Part shown: positions 1 to 9,489 of the stretch, one piece after another
Numbering within the stretch: position 1 is the first letter of the stretch
Layout: the number at the start of each line of letters is the position of its first letter
Virus record (IMG/VR): IMGVR_UViG_3300042256_000013
Location: 1-64,000 of that record
Strand: one strand, 5' to 3'
Source: a virus
Lineage: Duplodnaviria > Heunggongvirae > Uroviricota > Caudoviricetes
Length of the DNA stretch: 64,000 bases
Position numbers and translations under genes: made by a program
The notes under the pieces: model-generated
Database searches by the model: none
Seen by the model: the letters and a program-made list of their open reading frames with translations, nothing else
What the model was told of the DNA's origin: nothing

Positions 1-78
1 TAAAAGTCAAGTACTTTTATTCTGCATAAAGTATTTTTCGGACTAATCTTAAAGTACTTAAATCCTTCGTGTAACGCT

Positions 79-279
79 CTATGAGCGGCGTACAGTACAG
101 CCTGACCCGCCATACTCTACCTCATAGCTGCCGCCTACCGTGAGCTTGTCAAGGGCGTTACGCATGAGGCGTTGCTTCTTATCGCCTACAGGTATCTGAG
201 ATAGTACTGACTTGATAGCCTCATCAGTACTGTTCACCTCTGCGACTACAGCACCGAGGCAACCAATGATAGTGAACAT
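79..279 (-). CDS. hypothetical protein (66 aa)
   Basis: ORF in minus-strand early-gene block; no recognisable domain. Confidence 0.35.
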   Translation of the reverse strand: MFTIIGCLGAVVAEVNSTDEAIKSVLSQIPVGDKKQRLMRNALDKLTVGGSYEVEYGGSGCTVRRS

Positions 280-349
280 GTTTAGTACTCCTATAAAAGA
301 ATAAGCCCCGCAATGATAGCAGGGCTGTAGAGTACTGTCAAGTACTTTG

Positions 350-661
350 TTAGTAGTTATCGTACACTACTTCATGGCGTATGCTGACCAGGTAATCATT
401 TACATGGAATGGCTTGAGCACATAGGAGCTAGGCACTGAACATGTGGATTGTGCCTCCAGTTCTTTAGTGTATTGTTCTTCAATCCATTCCATCCATTCT
501 ACACCATCAGCATCATCAGATCTAATACCTGCTGTTGCCATGATCATCATTAACGCGATGGCTTTTGGTGCATCAGTATTGACCAGATTGATTCTGGTGT
601 CAAGTACTGAGAAACCATATTGATTAATGGTAACGTGAACGAACGGAGTAGATGTAGCCAT
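350..661 (-). CDS. hypothetical protein (103 aa)
   Basis: Minus-strand ORF with balanced composition; no domain recognised. Confidence 0.45.
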   Translation of the reverse strand: MATSTPFVHVTINQYGFSVLDTRINLVNTDAPKAIALMMIMATAGIRSDDADGVEWMEWIEEQYTKELEAQSTCSVPSSYVLKPFHVNDYLVSIRHEVVYDNY

Positions 662-721
662 GATGAATCTCCTGATTAAGAGAGGGAAGCGGTATTGCTT
701 CCCGATGTGTTTAATATACTA

Positions 722-991
722 CTATTCAGCGGAGGCCGCAAGTACTTTTAACTTATTTTTTAACTCAGGAGTTTTGAACGTATGAACAATGACATTGCCG
801 TTAACATCTTTGATAGTATACAGACCATCAGTACTAAGTTTAACAAAGTAGTCTGGTTCACATGCATCTTCGTCACGCTGGATAGCATAGTACTCCAGTA
901 CTGAATCTTTATCTTCTTCTTGAAGTGTATCCATGTAATCCTGGATAGAGTCCTGGCCGAAGAGTTTTCTAATCATAGTTTGTACTTTCAT
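722..991 (-). CDS. hypothetical protein (89 aa)
   Basis: ORF preceded by GAGGAACGAAAC-ATG and the conserved leader repeat plus promoter at 1040-1165. Confidence 0.5.
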   Translation of the reverse strand: MKVQTMIRKLFGQDSIQDYMDTLQEEDKDSVLEYYAIQRDEDACEPDYFVKLSTDGLYTIKDVNGNVIVHTFKTPELKNKLKVLAASAE

Positions 992-1039
992 GTTTCGTTC
1001 CTCGTGTTGGTTTATGTGTTAAGTATACGTGTACCCGTG

Positions 1040-1127
1040 AGATAACGCAAGTACTATTACGTTTTAATTTATATTATTTTTTGGACGGATCTTGCCACCC
1101 TATAGGGTTAGTGCGTTTCGCCGCATT
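1040..1127. repeat. conserved leader repeat (ggacggatcttgccaccctatagggttag...), copy 1
   Basis: Near-identical copies at 3047-3150, 4505-4650, 11640-11730, 12790-12925, 15230-15330 and 17990-18110; contains 10-bp palindrome CCCTATAGGG. Confidence 0.7.
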
Positions 1128-1165
1128 GATAGTACTATAACAAAAGGGCTAACCGAAGTCAACCC
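1128..1165 (-). promoter_or_regulatory. sigma70-type promoter (TTGACT-N17-TATAGT-like) embedded in hairpin AAAGGGCTAACCGAAGTCAACCCCTTTTT
   Basis: -35 inside GGG...CCC hairpin followed by T-run, giving a composite promoter/terminator; the element recurs at least 12 times. Confidence 0.55.
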
Positions 1166-1174
1166 CTTTTTGAA

Positions 1175-1372
1175 TTAAAAATCGCAATGCACGGCGTCAG
1201 CACCCTGGCCATGCGGGAACAACTGATTTTGTACTTCGTCAAATACATCTTGATAAACGCTGGCGTTTTCTTTAGAGTATTCGCCAATGACGCGAGACAT
1301 AGCCTCATCGATGCCCAGGTGTTTCTTTGCCAGGACGTTGTTCGCGAGTTGCTGGATTCTTTCAGTAGCCAT
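1175..1372 (-). CDS. hypothetical protein (65 aa)
   Basis: GGAGAGTACAACA-ATG; promoter TTGACA-17-TATAAT at about 1400-1432 directly upstream. Confidence 0.5.
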   Translation of the reverse strand: MATERIQQLANNVLAKKHLGIDEAMSRVIGEYSKENASVYQDVFDEVQNQLFPHGQGADAVHCDF

Positions 1373-1399
1373 TGTTGTACTCTCCGTTGTTTCAGTACT

Positions 1400-1432
1400 G
1401 ATATTATATGATAGGGGCTAACTTATGTCAAC
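1400..1432 (-). promoter_or_regulatory. consensus sigma70 promoter TTGACA-N17-TATAAT (minus strand)
   Basis: revcomp reads ggggTTGACAtaagttagcccctatcaTATAATatcagtactg; the -35 lies in a terminator-like hairpin. Confidence 0.6.
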
Positions 1433-1443
1433 CCCTAATTTGA

Positions 1444-1749
1444 TTAAATCAATCCAGCTTCTTGAGCTACCTGGTAAGCAGGGGAACCGTAAGCAGGTTC
1501 GATCTCTTGCCAGTGTTCAGAGTTCAACGTGCCACCAGCGTCAAGATGTTTCTCGATTGCCATGATACGGCGATTCTGTTTCTCGCGAACGGCCTGTTGT
1601 TCATGCAGTTCATGAGTAGTTTCATAGGAAGTATTCAGAGCAATGCGACGGCCTGAATTAATATCCTGAGCAACGATGAAAAAGCTGGAGGCTTCTTGCC
1701 CGTTGTATTCTACTACATCATGACGAATAAAGAGAGTGAATCTGGACAT
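1444..1749 (-). CDS. hypothetical protein (about 101 aa; start moved to MSRFTLF)
   Basis: Track ORF 1444-1812 would overlap promoter 1783-1815; internal ATG has AGGAAACAAATCAA-ATG. Confidence 0.45.
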   Translation of the reverse strand: MSRFTLFIRHDVVEYNGQEASSFFIVAQDINSGRRIALNTSYETTHELHEQQAVREKQNRRIMAIEKHLDAGGTLNSEHWQEIEPAYGSPAYQVAQEAGLI

Positions 1750-1827
1750 TTGATTTGTTTCCTGTTCTTGTTTCAGTACTGATAGAATACTAAAAGGGGC
1801 TAACATTGTCAACCCCTTATTTGAATT

Positions 1828-2670
1828 TTATGCTTTATCTACTAACATAGTTGCCAGGTTCCACAACTTAGAGTTAAAGTCTAAGTTCTTATCAATGTTA
1901 GTTACGCCACGTGTTGTACGGCGGCGGCCTGATTCGCTACGGCCTGTTTGACCGCCTGCCATTACGTTTTGTTGTACAACATTAAACGTGCTGTAAAGGC
2001 TGTTGCTGTTACGGTCAGTACTGTTAATAATGCGAGTACTCAGCAACTGTTGAGGATCATACAGGTAGTTAATCTTTTCGCCGGGTTCTGGATAACCTTC
2101 TTTAGCGATGTAGCCAGCAATGGCAAACGCTTTACGTTGATCATCGGTTAACTGAATCCGGGACATTTCACCTTTGTAACGTTCGATGAGGTCAAAGTCT
2201 TTAACCACTTCGCATACACCTTCGATCACATCATCCATGATGTTATTACCTTTGTGATAGATCTTAGTGTTGCTTTGGGTGTTACCCATTACCAGACCAT
2301 TCGCACAAACGAAACGGAATTGACCGCTGATCAACTGATAGGCACTTGTGCCATCGTTGGCATTAAGAAGGATGATCTCGTTTGCTTCACCTTCTTTCAT
2401 ACCAGGTTGACGGAAACGCAACATATGTTTCGTGAATTCGCGTTTTGATGCATCGCGTACACGTGCCTGAGTGGCGAACATCGGGAAATAGTTTTCCTTC
2501 GCGAGACGATCAATCACGTCGATAGTTGGCACTGGTGCGAAACGGTTAGAACGTGATTCGTGTGCATCGTACTGGAATACGGACGGCACCACTTCCTGGA
2601 GTTCTGTTCTGGTCAGTGGACGGTTTTCTTTGATTGCTTTACCGTTGATACCCTGATACATTTTAATCAT
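1828..2670 (-). CDS. conserved hypothetical phage protein (280 aa)
   Basis: Long ORF with coding-like composition; no catalytic motif recognised. Confidence 0.6.
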   Translation of the reverse strand: MIKMYQGINGKAIKENRPLTRTELQEVVPSVFQYDAHESRSNRFAPVPTIDVIDRLAKENYFPMFATQARVRDASKREFTKHMLRFRQPGMKEGEANEIILLNANDGTSAYQLISGQFRFVCANGLVMGNTQSNTKIYHKGNNIMDDVIEGVCEVVKDFDLIERYKGEMSRIQLTDDQRKAFAIAGYIAKEGYPEPGEKINYLYDPQQLLSTRIINSTDRNSNSLYSTFNVVQQNVMAGGQTGRSESGRRRTTRGVTNIDKNLDFNSKLWNLATMLVDKA

Positions 2671-2746
2671 GATTCGTTCCTCTTGTTGGTGTAAGGTAAT
2701 AGTACTGGATTCTGTTTATGTTGTCCAGTACTATTTTAAAGTTTAA

Positions 2747-3004
2747 TTACTCGATACCGCCATCGACAGGCCAGTGATCACGAATGAATTTAGAACTGGA
2801 TGGAACGGCGGTCAGGTTACAAGTCAAGCGATCCGCATGTAAATGTGCCAGGCGTTCAGTACTGAATTCTACGCCAGGTTGATAGTGCTGGCGGTTGTTG
2901 TCGTGGTCAAGTGCAACCACGTCGAATGGGCGTTCAGCAGTTTTAGACCAGACTCTTACTTTAAATTCAATTCCAGATTTAGCCATCTTTAAACCCTCAA
3001 TCAT
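2747..3004 (-). CDS. hypothetical protein (85 aa)
   Basis: ORF downstream of leader repeat copy at 3047-3150 and promoter at 3150-3190. Confidence 0.5.
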   Translation of the reverse strand: MIEGLKMAKSGIEFKVRVWSKTAERPFDVVALDHDNNRQHYQPGVEFSTERLAHLHADRLTCNLTAVPSSSKFIRDHWPVDGGIE

Positions 3005-3046
3005 GTTTCGATATAAAAGATTATACAGTACTGTATGATTAACGCA

Positions 3047-3150
3047 AGGACTATTTGCATTTTAATTTAAAAATATTACTGTACAGATATACAGTACTAA
3101 ATCCACCAGCTACATTATGCCACCCTATAGGGTTAGTCCATTTCGCTGGA
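3047..3150. repeat. conserved leader repeat copy 2
   Basis: tgccaccctatagggttagtccatttcgctggagtgattaca shared with other copies. Confidence 0.65.
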
Positions 3151-3196
3151 GTGATTACATAATAACAAAAATGGTTGAACGTGTCAACCATTATTT

Positions 3197-3316
3197 TTAA
3201 AATATCCAGGCCAGTACAGCGACAAGAATAATTAATTGAAATACTCTTGTGGTCTTTGCCCCTTCGGTGTATGCTGGATTCACCGTTGTGTATTGGACAA
3301 CATGTTTCTGTTTCAT
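3197..3316 (-). CDS. small tail-anchored membrane peptide (39 aa, MKQKHVVQYTTVNPAYTEGAKTTRVFQLIILVAVLAWIF)
   Basis: CAGGAGAATCAA-ATG Shine-Dalgarno; own promoter at about 3338-3372; below the 60-aa cutoff of the ORF track. Confidence 0.35.
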   Translation of the reverse strand: MKQKHVVQYTTVNPAYTEGAKTTRVFQLIILVAVLAWIF

Positions 3317-3383
3317 TTGATTCTCCTGTTTCAGTACTGATATGATAGCAAAAGGGCTTAACCTTAGTCAAGCCCTATTTTGA

Positions 3384-4055
3384 TTAAAGATAAGTTACTG
3401 ATGGTTCACGAGGATCTTCTTCAAATTCCATCTCATTTGCGATGATAGTTTCTTTAACTTGTGCATCTTCAAGCAGATGATAGTAATGCGTATCCAGGTC
3501 TGAATAGTACGCCTTACCTTGTTCAGTGACAAAATAGTCAATTTCTTTTTCTAATTCTTCATACAAAGATTGTTGCTTTGGTGAAAGGTTAACGTAATAC
3601 TCACCGGACATAACAGCATCAGTTGTATTGTAATGAACATATCGTGAAGAGTTATCACGCTTAACACTACATGTTATTTCTTTTATAAGAATGTATTCAT
3701 GTAATGCACGATAATATGTCCAGCGTTTTTGAGCACGTAAAAACTTCTCAATATCGACGTTACTTGCGGTGAAGCTCGCACCATCACCTTGCGAACAAAA
3801 ACCACAATACTGAGATTCTACACCTTCGAACCCGGTATTTTTCATAATTTCATGGTGGCGGTATTCGATGAAGTCATTCCAGTTTTGATCTTCAACGTTA
3901 ATGTCTCTGTTAAGATCAAGGGCTTTAGCTTGTTGTTGTTCGTTCAGTTCTTCAAATTTCATGGCAGTATCTCGCTTAATTGGATAAGCACCATTGCTTA
4001 CCTCATATAAAAGATTATACAGTACTGAATTGATAATGCAAGTACTATTACACAA
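3384..4055 (-). CDS. hypothetical protein (223 aa)
   Basis: Long minus-strand ORF; no domain recognised. Confidence 0.55.
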   Translation of the reverse strand: MCNSTCIINSVLYNLLYEVSNGAYPIKRDTAMKFEELNEQQQAKALDLNRDINVEDQNWNDFIEYRHHEIMKNTGFEGVESQYCGFCSQGDGASFTASNVDIEKFLRAQKRWTYYRALHEYILIKEITCSVKRDNSSRYVHYNTTDAVMSGEYYVNLSPKQQSLYEELEKEIDYFVTEQGKAYYSDLDTHYYHLLEDAQVKETIIANEMEFEEDPREPSVTYL

Positions 4056-4117
4056 TTAATGTACTAACGTGATATTAATACATTAATTGTGTGGATACCA
4101 GGTATCCACACTTGCTA

Positions 4118-4438
4118 TTATGCTTCTAACGCAGAACCAGTAAGTTTATAATGTTCACGTGCGGCACGAACATCATCAATAGTTTTGAAACGGCTTACAA
4201 AGAAACCTTTACCTAACGTGATAGTCCTGGTACGATTGGCAATAGATTGTTCAGATTCATCCATGTACTTAGGAGTTTTAGGAGACATATCAGCCGGGAA
4301 GTACACGACATATGCCATCTCAGTATAATCAACAATTACGCCGTGAGTAAATTCACCGTAATTATGAACTACTACAGTACCTAAAGCTAAAGGAAGTCTC
4401 TGAGTAGTTGCAACGTTTACAGTAGTGGATTTAGTCAT
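4118..4438 (-). CDS. hypothetical protein (106 aa)
   Basis: ORF preceded by leader repeat copy 3 at 4505-4650. Confidence 0.5.
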   Translation of the reverse strand: MTKSTTVNVATTQRLPLALGTVVVHNYGEFTHGVIVDYTEMAYVVYFPADMSPKTPKYMDESEQSIANRTRTITLGKGFFVSRFKTIDDVRAAREHYKLTGSALEA

Positions 4439-4504
4439 TTGTATGCTCGCTTAATTAATAGTTGTTTCGTTTAAGAGACACTATCTTGTCTCGATGTGTA
4501 TATA

Positions 4505-4650
4505 CTAACATAATCCATTCTCAATGCAAGTACTATTACGTTTTAATTTATAATTATTTTACTGTACAAATATACAGTACTTTTCAGTACTAAAAGCAAT
4601 TGGACGCAACTTGCCACCCTATAGGGTTAGTCCATTTCGCTGGATTGAAT
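4505..4650. repeat. conserved leader repeat copy 3
   Basis: caagtactattacgttttaatttat... ttgccaccctatagggttagtccatttcgctgg. Confidence 0.65.
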
Positions 4651-4694
4651 ACAGTATAGCAAAAAGGGCTAACCGAAGTCAACCCTTTATTTTC

Positions 4695-4916
4695 TTAATG
4701 CATCAGTTTATGGTCATTCAGCACGAATGGTGTAGCGAGTGCGTTTACCTTATCGGCGATGATCTGGCGGTCGAATCCACCCAGGAAGTTATTCAAAAGC
4801 AAACAACCCATCATGTTAAACTGATTGAACTCGCAGATCTGACCGATCACTTCATTCGCTTTCTTATCAGTGTCCGATGGTTCAGCGAACAATTCTCTTA
4901 ACATATCTTCCAGCAT
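4695..4916 (-). CDS. hypothetical protein (73 aa)
   Basis: AATGAGGGTAATATA-ATG; promoter/terminator element at 4935-4985; preferred over overlapping plus ORF 4611-4901. Confidence 0.45.
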   Translation of the reverse strand: MLEDMLRELFAEPSDTDKKANEVIGQICEFNQFNMMGCLLLNNFLGGFDRQIIADKVNALATPFVLNDHKLMH

Positions 4917-4997
4917 TATATTACCCTCATTGGTTTCAGTGTTTCAGTACTGATATTATTGATCAAGGGCTAACATATGTCAACCCCTGGATTTAAA

Positions 4998-5351
4998 TTA
5001 ATTGCAGTGATATACAATCTTTACTGGAATGTATACGCCGCCTTTAGGGATAGCGGTTTTCATGGTAAACATAGTTCCCGCTTGTTCGATAGTACCAGTA
5101 TCATTACGATAAACATTGTAATCTTTCCAGAATTGTGTAACTGGTAAATCAGTGTCGTTAACCTGTACTTCGATCACTGGTTCAGTTACAGTAATCTGAA
5201 TGATATGTGCCTGGTCAGAACTATCATTTACTTTTTGATAGTCACCATTACCAGTACCTTGATACAGTGTATAGCTACTGCAAGTATGGATTGAAGTACT
5301 TGCATTTGCGAATGAAGCCACCAGCAAGCCTAACAAAAGAAACTTTCTCAT
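4998..5351 (-). CDS. secreted protein with signal peptide (MRKFLLLGLLVASFANAST..)
   Basis: Start moved to MRKF with AACGGAGTAAATGAA-ATG; N-terminal hydrophobic signal peptide. Confidence 0.5.
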   Translation of the reverse strand: MRKFLLLGLLVASFANASTSIHTCSSYTLYQGTGNGDYQKVNDSSDQAHIIQITVTEPVIEVQVNDTDLPVTQFWKDYNVYRNDTGTIEQAGTMFTMKTAIPKGGVYIPVKIVYHCN

Positions 5352-5421
5352 TTCATTTACTCCGTTGTGTTCAGTACTGATAGGATAGCAAAAAGGGCTA
5401 ACCGAAGTCAACCCTTTATTG

Positions 5422-6138
5422 TTATTTAATTTGTCGTAATTCTCTTATTGCATCAAAGATGTATTCAATTATAATCGCTGGATTATTTGATTCTTTTTCT
5501 GCGTCAACGGTTACATCATACAAGTGTTGTACAGCTTTACGAAATACTGTAGGATGAAAACGTTGTACGATTCTAACTAATCCATCCACATATTCTGGAT
5601 TAGATTTAAAGATTCTGGACCATATATGCTTTAATGAATCTAGTTGTGATGGTGCTTCTGTTACAGTACTTTCATCTAATGATATAGCATTCATGATAGC
5701 TTCATACTTATCATAAACATCATCAGATTCAGTATTATGTGCAGCGTGAAATACTGCCTTGACAGCGTTTTGATATTGTGCTGGTGGCACTGATTTTAAT
5801 GCGGTTGTAATATCTTTGATGTAAGTTGGTTCACCGTCGAACATCTTACGCAAGACATTAGGCAGATCTTTGATCGATGGTTCAGGAGTTGGTTCACGCC
5901 CTGGCATAAGTCCTAATGATTTAAAGTACTTTAACTTTTCATCTGGATTCATGCGAGAAGTATCAACGCCCTGAGATGGCATTGTGTTTAGCTTGCCTTG
6001 TAAGCCTGTTCCCTGGTTACGTGATCCGCGATCACCTTGTCCAGCGTCATGACTGTTTGATCTACGATTGCTATTACTCCACTTGTCAGCGTGTCCAGCT
6101 ATAGTAGCATCTTTTTTGTTAACGAATTTTCCTGGCAT
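5422..6138 (-). CDS. hypothetical protein (about 238 aa)
   Basis: Start moved to MPGKF (TAGGGGATTTTTTATT-ATG). Confidence 0.5.
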   Translation of the reverse strand: MPGKFVNKKDATIAGHADKWSNSNRRSNSHDAGQGDRGSRNQGTGLQGKLNTMPSQGVDTSRMNPDEKLKYFKSLGLMPGREPTPEPSIKDLPNVLRKMFDGEPTYIKDITTALKSVPPAQYQNAVKAVFHAAHNTESDDVYDKYEAIMNAISLDESTVTEAPSQLDSLKHIWSRIFKSNPEYVDGLVRIVQRFHPTVFRKAVQHLYDVTVDAEKESNNPAIIIEYIFDAIRELRQIK

Positions 6139-6192
6139 AATAAAAAATCCCCTATGACTATAGTTTATTATAATCATATTTAGGGGATTATG

Positions 6193-6435
6193 TCAACGTC
6201 TAGCAATGAAATTGTTATATTGTTCATGAGTCATAAGGTTAAGTTTGCCATTGTCAATAACAATACGTTCTTTGTGCGATACTTCAATAACACTGAACAA
6301 TCCACAATTTAATTTTCTTGATCGCAGTTGTCCACCTTTGTATTCTTTCACAATACGAATAGCTCTGTCAAGTACTTTAGTCTGAGCTTTAAAATGAATT
6401 CGTAATTGTGTATCATCAATCATAATCTTTTTCAT
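6193..6435 (-). CDS. hypothetical protein (80 aa)
   Basis: ORF only. Confidence 0.4.
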   Translation of the reverse strand: MKKIMIDDTQLRIHFKAQTKVLDRAIRIVKEYKGGQLRSRKLNCGLFSVIEVSHKERIVIDNGKLNLMTHEQYNNFIARR

Positions 6436-6484
6436 TGATACACCCCATGAATAAACAGGGGGCTATAACCCCCTGTATCGCATT

Positions 6485-6850
6485 TTAAGAGACTTTCTGT
6501 AAATGCTGAGCCAGTCGTACCGCCGTCATACTGCGACGCCAGGAAACGCGTACAGACTTGTTATTTGGCGTTTTTAGTACTTGCTCGCCGATGATTGTGC
6601 CTGGACGGTTCAACGTTGCTTTCGCTTCTTGTGGCGATACATCGTGATGTAAGTCAGCCAGTGTCTGTTGTGCTTCTGCGATCTGTTCATCGCTGGCATC
6701 AGCAGGAAGTACAATGTACGGTTCAGATACTACCGCCCAACGTTCACCTTTAGGTGCAGTACTGCCAAAGTCTTTTACTTTCGCGTTCAGCGTAGTAGCT
6801 GCTTCACGTGCAAGTGTTCTGGTTGCGAAAAAGATAGTTTCGATAGTCAT
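6485..6850 (-). CDS. hypothetical protein (about 121 aa)
   Basis: Start at MTIETIFF with AGAGGAAAGACACA-ATG; locally GC-richer. Confidence 0.45.
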   Translation of the reverse strand: MTIETIFFATRTLAREAATTLNAKVKDFGSTAPKGERWAVVSEPYIVLPADASDEQIAEAQQTLADLHHDVSPQEAKATLNRPGTIIGEQVLKTPNNKSVRVSWRRSMTAVRLAQHLQKVS

Positions 6851-6913
6851 TGTGTCTTTCCTCTTTGTTGTCGATGAATGTACTATATCAGTACTGAAAT
6901 TACATTGCAAGTA

Positions 6914-7366
6914 CTATTTGCGTTTCAAGAATAAGTCTTTATACTCTTGTAAATCATCTAGTACTTCTTTCTTTGCTTTATCATCTTTTTGCATGTTAGC
7001 AACAATTTCAATTGCTTCCATCGCCATATTATGCCTGGCAATATCTTTACCAACATGACCAGCCAATAAAGATGAAGGGAAATGTGTAGAATCTTCTATT
7101 AATAAGAAGTCTACCATATCCTGTACAGTCATTAAAGCCCGTGGTGTAGTGGCGGCTTTATGTTCTTTCCACTTAGCATGAGCACGTTTCCATAACCGCA
7201 AACGTAAGGGATCTTTTGGCTTTGGCGGTTTAGAACCACTCATAAACGCTTGAAAGTAATCCTCTTCAGTTTTGAACTTGCGTTTAGCACCGAACTGAAC
7301 ATTACGTGCGATCTCGTCAAGGGCAGTCGCTATGCCTTTCGGCAACCCTATTGTATTCTGACCCAT
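6914..7366 (-). CDS. hypothetical protein (150 aa)
   Basis: ORF; basic/charged composition. Confidence 0.5.
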   Translation of the reverse strand: MGQNTIGLPKGIATALDEIARNVQFGAKRKFKTEEDYFQAFMSGSKPPKPKDPLRLRLWKRAHAKWKEHKAATTPRALMTVQDMVDFLLIEDSTHFPSSLLAGHVGKDIARHNMAMEAIEIVANMQKDDKAKKEVLDDLQEYKDLFLKRK

Positions 7367-7367
7367 T

Positions 7368-7697
7368 CTATCTTACCTTACATTGTACCACAAAAGAATC
7401 ATAACTGTTTTGTGCCATAAAGTCAATCTCTTTATCATTAAAAGTTTTCAGTACTTGAGTTACTTTTAAACCTTCAATGAATGTTTCTGTTTGAAGATTG
7501 TCAAGTAACTTTGTTTTTTCTATACTGAACCAACGTTCTTGTTTTAATTGATCCGGCATAAAGTACTGATACTTACAATCAAATGTCGGATCTTTAAATG
7601 GATTCAACTTGTCAATAACTTCTGGCGTAATAGATTTACCAATTACTACACCACATGCTAATGCTGCCAGTACTATCAATGTGGTTGATTTTTTCAT
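7368..7697 (-). CDS. secreted protein (signal peptide MKKSTTLIVLAALACGVVIG)
   Basis: N-terminal signal peptide; start moved to MKKST. Confidence 0.45.
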   Translation of the reverse strand: MKKSTTLIVLAALACGVVIGKSITPEVIDKLNPFKDPTFDCKYQYFMPDQLKQERWFSIEKTKLLDNLQTETFIEGLKVTQVLKTFNDKEIDFMAQNSYDSFVVQCKVR

Positions 7698-7698
7698 T

Positions 7699-8064
7699 TT
7701 ATTTGTACTCACAATTTGCAATAATCAGTCCACCAGAACCCTTTTCATCTGTAAGGAATAATTTTGTATATGTATACATATTCCTTACCTCACGTACTTC
7801 CATATTATTAATGGTATCATACTTTTTAAGAGAAAGCAAAGTACTTTTAGTTGTTTTAAAATCAAAACGATACGGTGATAGATCCTGGTGGTAATCGCGA
7901 ACTTCACAAGTGACTTCTTTATCAGTACTTGCTTCAACCTTTGCACCATTAACATTAACATTAACAACTGGTGCAGCCGATTTGACAGATTCAACATATC
8001 GACCAATATTAAGACCAGCGGCAAATGAGAATAAAGCAATTGAGATAACAGCGATTCTTTTCAT
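7699..8064 (-). CDS. secreted protein (signal peptide MKRIAVISIALFSFAAG)
   Basis: Signal peptide; AGTACT-class promoter at 8086-8127 upstream. Confidence 0.5.
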   Translation of the reverse strand: MKRIAVISIALFSFAAGLNIGRYVESVKSAAPVVNVNVNGAKVEASTDKEVTCEVRDYHQDLSPYRFDFKTTKSTLLSLKKYDTINNMEVREVRNMYTYTKLFLTDEKGSGGLIIANCEYK

Positions 8065-8085
8065 TTCAATTCTCCGTTAAGTTCA

Positions 8086-8127
8086 TGTAATCATTATAAA
8101 GTACTCGCATTCAACTTGCAAGTACTT
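8086..8127 (-). promoter_or_regulatory. AGTACT-flanked promoter: agtacTTGCAA-N17-TATAAT
   Basis: revcomp reads aagtacTTGCAAgttgaatgcgagtactTTATAATga; same architecture at 10730-10775, 11232-11268, 13583-13625 and 14243-14285. Confidence 0.55.
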
Positions 8128-8137
8128 TTGATAATGT

Positions 8138-8263
8138 TTACTCGCAAGTATAACTATTACCAGCTTGCCCCATTATTACGGTGCAGTTATTATTTGAATA
8201 CGTGACGGTGCAACCACGTAAAGCAAAGAATACTACAACGGCGATAAGTACGAACTTAAGCAT
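8138..8263 (-). CDS. small signal-peptide/lipoprotein-like peptide (41 aa, MLKFVLIAVVVFFALRGC...)
   Basis: ATG overlaps upstream stop (ATGCTTAA); hydrophobic N-terminus followed by Cys; not in ORF track. Confidence 0.3.
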   Translation of the reverse strand: MLKFVLIAVVVFFALRGCTVTYSNNNCTVIMGQAGNSYTCE

Positions 8264-8459
8264 TTGCGATCTCCAGATCTTTCTGATATTCAGCTAACCA
8301 CTTTTTTTCATGGCGTTTGAACATTGCAGCGAGGGATAACTCAATCTCACGCAATTCACCATGAGGGAATTTTCTTGCCCAACGCAAGTACTTCGCACGT
8401 GATTCACGGCTATCTCTTGCTACCATAAGTGAAAAAGGAATTGCTGGCCCGATAAACAT
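8256..8459 (-). CDS. hypothetical basic protein (about 67 aa)
   Basis: Start moved to MFIGPA with GAGGGTAAAGAAT-ATG. Confidence 0.35.
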   Translation of the reverse strand: MFIGPAIPFSLMVARDSRESRAKYLRWARKFPHGELREIELSLAAMFKRHEKKWLAEYQKDLEIANA

Positions 8460-8554
8460 ATTCTTTACCCTCTTACGATTCCCCATGAACCGGTTCGATA
8501 TAAAGATAGTACTACACCAAAAACCAAAAAGCAACTAATTTTTTATCTTTACAT

Positions 8555-8588
8555 GTAAAAAAGCCCCGACTAAGCGGGGCTTGATTTT
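8555..8588 (-). terminator. intrinsic terminator (AGCCCCGACTAAGCGGGGCT + T-run)
   Basis: GC hairpin flanked by A-run and T-run; downstream of 8603-9481. Confidence 0.7.
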
Positions 8589-8602
8589 AACAGTACTTTG
8601 TG

Positions 8603-9481
8603 TTACTTCTGGCCTGGCAGTTGCACACCAGTGATTGAACTGTTAGGAAGTACCGTTGTTGCACCGACACCCGTCCAGCGTGACGCATAGGTATATGCTA
8701 CCAGTGTGTCGCCAGCGTCTTTCAATGCCGCACCTTTAGCACGGATAGCCGATGCTTCTGCGTCGCCTTTGGCCTTGATACCTTTCGCTTCTGCGTCCAG
8801 TTTAGCAAAGTTAGAATCTGCGTCTGCTTTCGCATTGGTCAGGTTGATCTGAGAAGTGATTTTTGCTTTTTCCAGATCTTGCTGAGATTTTTCTACGGCG
8901 ACTTGTGCAGTCATGCGATCTTCAACCGCTTTATCGTATGCGGTAGAGAAAGACAACCCCTCGATCTGGATGCTGGTAATAGTTACCGGTTCATCCTTCA
9001 TCGACTCTTTGATCGCCTTGTTAACATCAGCCACCAGCTTCGCACGGTTTTGTACAGCACTGATCGCAGTATATTGCCCGAAAACGTTTTCCAATTCCTG
9101 GGGAACGTTACGATCAATAACACGTGAGATCATCGCGTCGGCAGTACCGTACTTTTTATATAACGCTTCAACCTGGCCAGGATTCACCACGTAAGACAGT
9201 GATACCGCCATATCTGCTGGTTGCTGATCACGACTATACGCCTGGAGCTTATCCCAGCGGCGACTATTTCCAGTTACTGCAATATCTTTAGTACTGGTAA
9301 CGAATGGCATAACCAGATGAAAACCAGGTTCAGCAACTTCAACAAACCGCCCGTTACGAAGTACTACGGTGCGATCTGTTTCCTGCGTGGTGAATGATGA
9401 TGCAATTGCAGCCACCAGCACCACCAAAGCGGCAAACCCCAACAAACCCCACGTTACATATTTCTTATTCGATGCTGACAT
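8603..9481 (-). CDS. SPFH/band-7 (prohibitin/HflC-like) membrane protein
   Basis: N-terminal TM helix then band-7 core and Ala/Lys/Glu-rich coiled-coil tail typical of the SPFH family. Confidence 0.8.
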   Translation of the reverse strand: MSASNKKYVTWGLLGFAALVVLVAAIASSFTTQETDRTVVLRNGRFVEVAEPGFHLVMPFVTSTKDIAVTGNSRRWDKLQAYSRDQQPADMAVSLSYVVNPGQVEALYKKYGTADAMISRVIDRNVPQELENVFGQYTAISAVQNRAKLVADVNKAIKESMKDEPVTITSIQIEGLSFSTAYDKAVEDRMTAQVAVEKSQQDLEKAKITSQINLTNAKADADSNFAKLDAEAKGIKAKGDAEASAIRAKGAALKDAGDTLVAYTYASRWTGVGATTVLPNSSITGVQLPGQK

Positions 9482-9489
9482 AAACTACC

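Noticed and set aside
1187-1411. Plus-strand ORFs antisense to minus genes or leaders (1187-1411, 1462-1656, 3051-3371, 4611-4901, 10091-10369, 10756-11133, 12435-12707)
   Set aside because: They overlap better-supported minus-strand genes or the conserved leader and promoter elements; Cys/His-rich junk composition; no RBS
1828-2670. Assigning 1828-2670 to a named DUF family
   Set aside because: The resemblance is from memory only and cannot be verified without an HMM search. Left as conserved hypothetical
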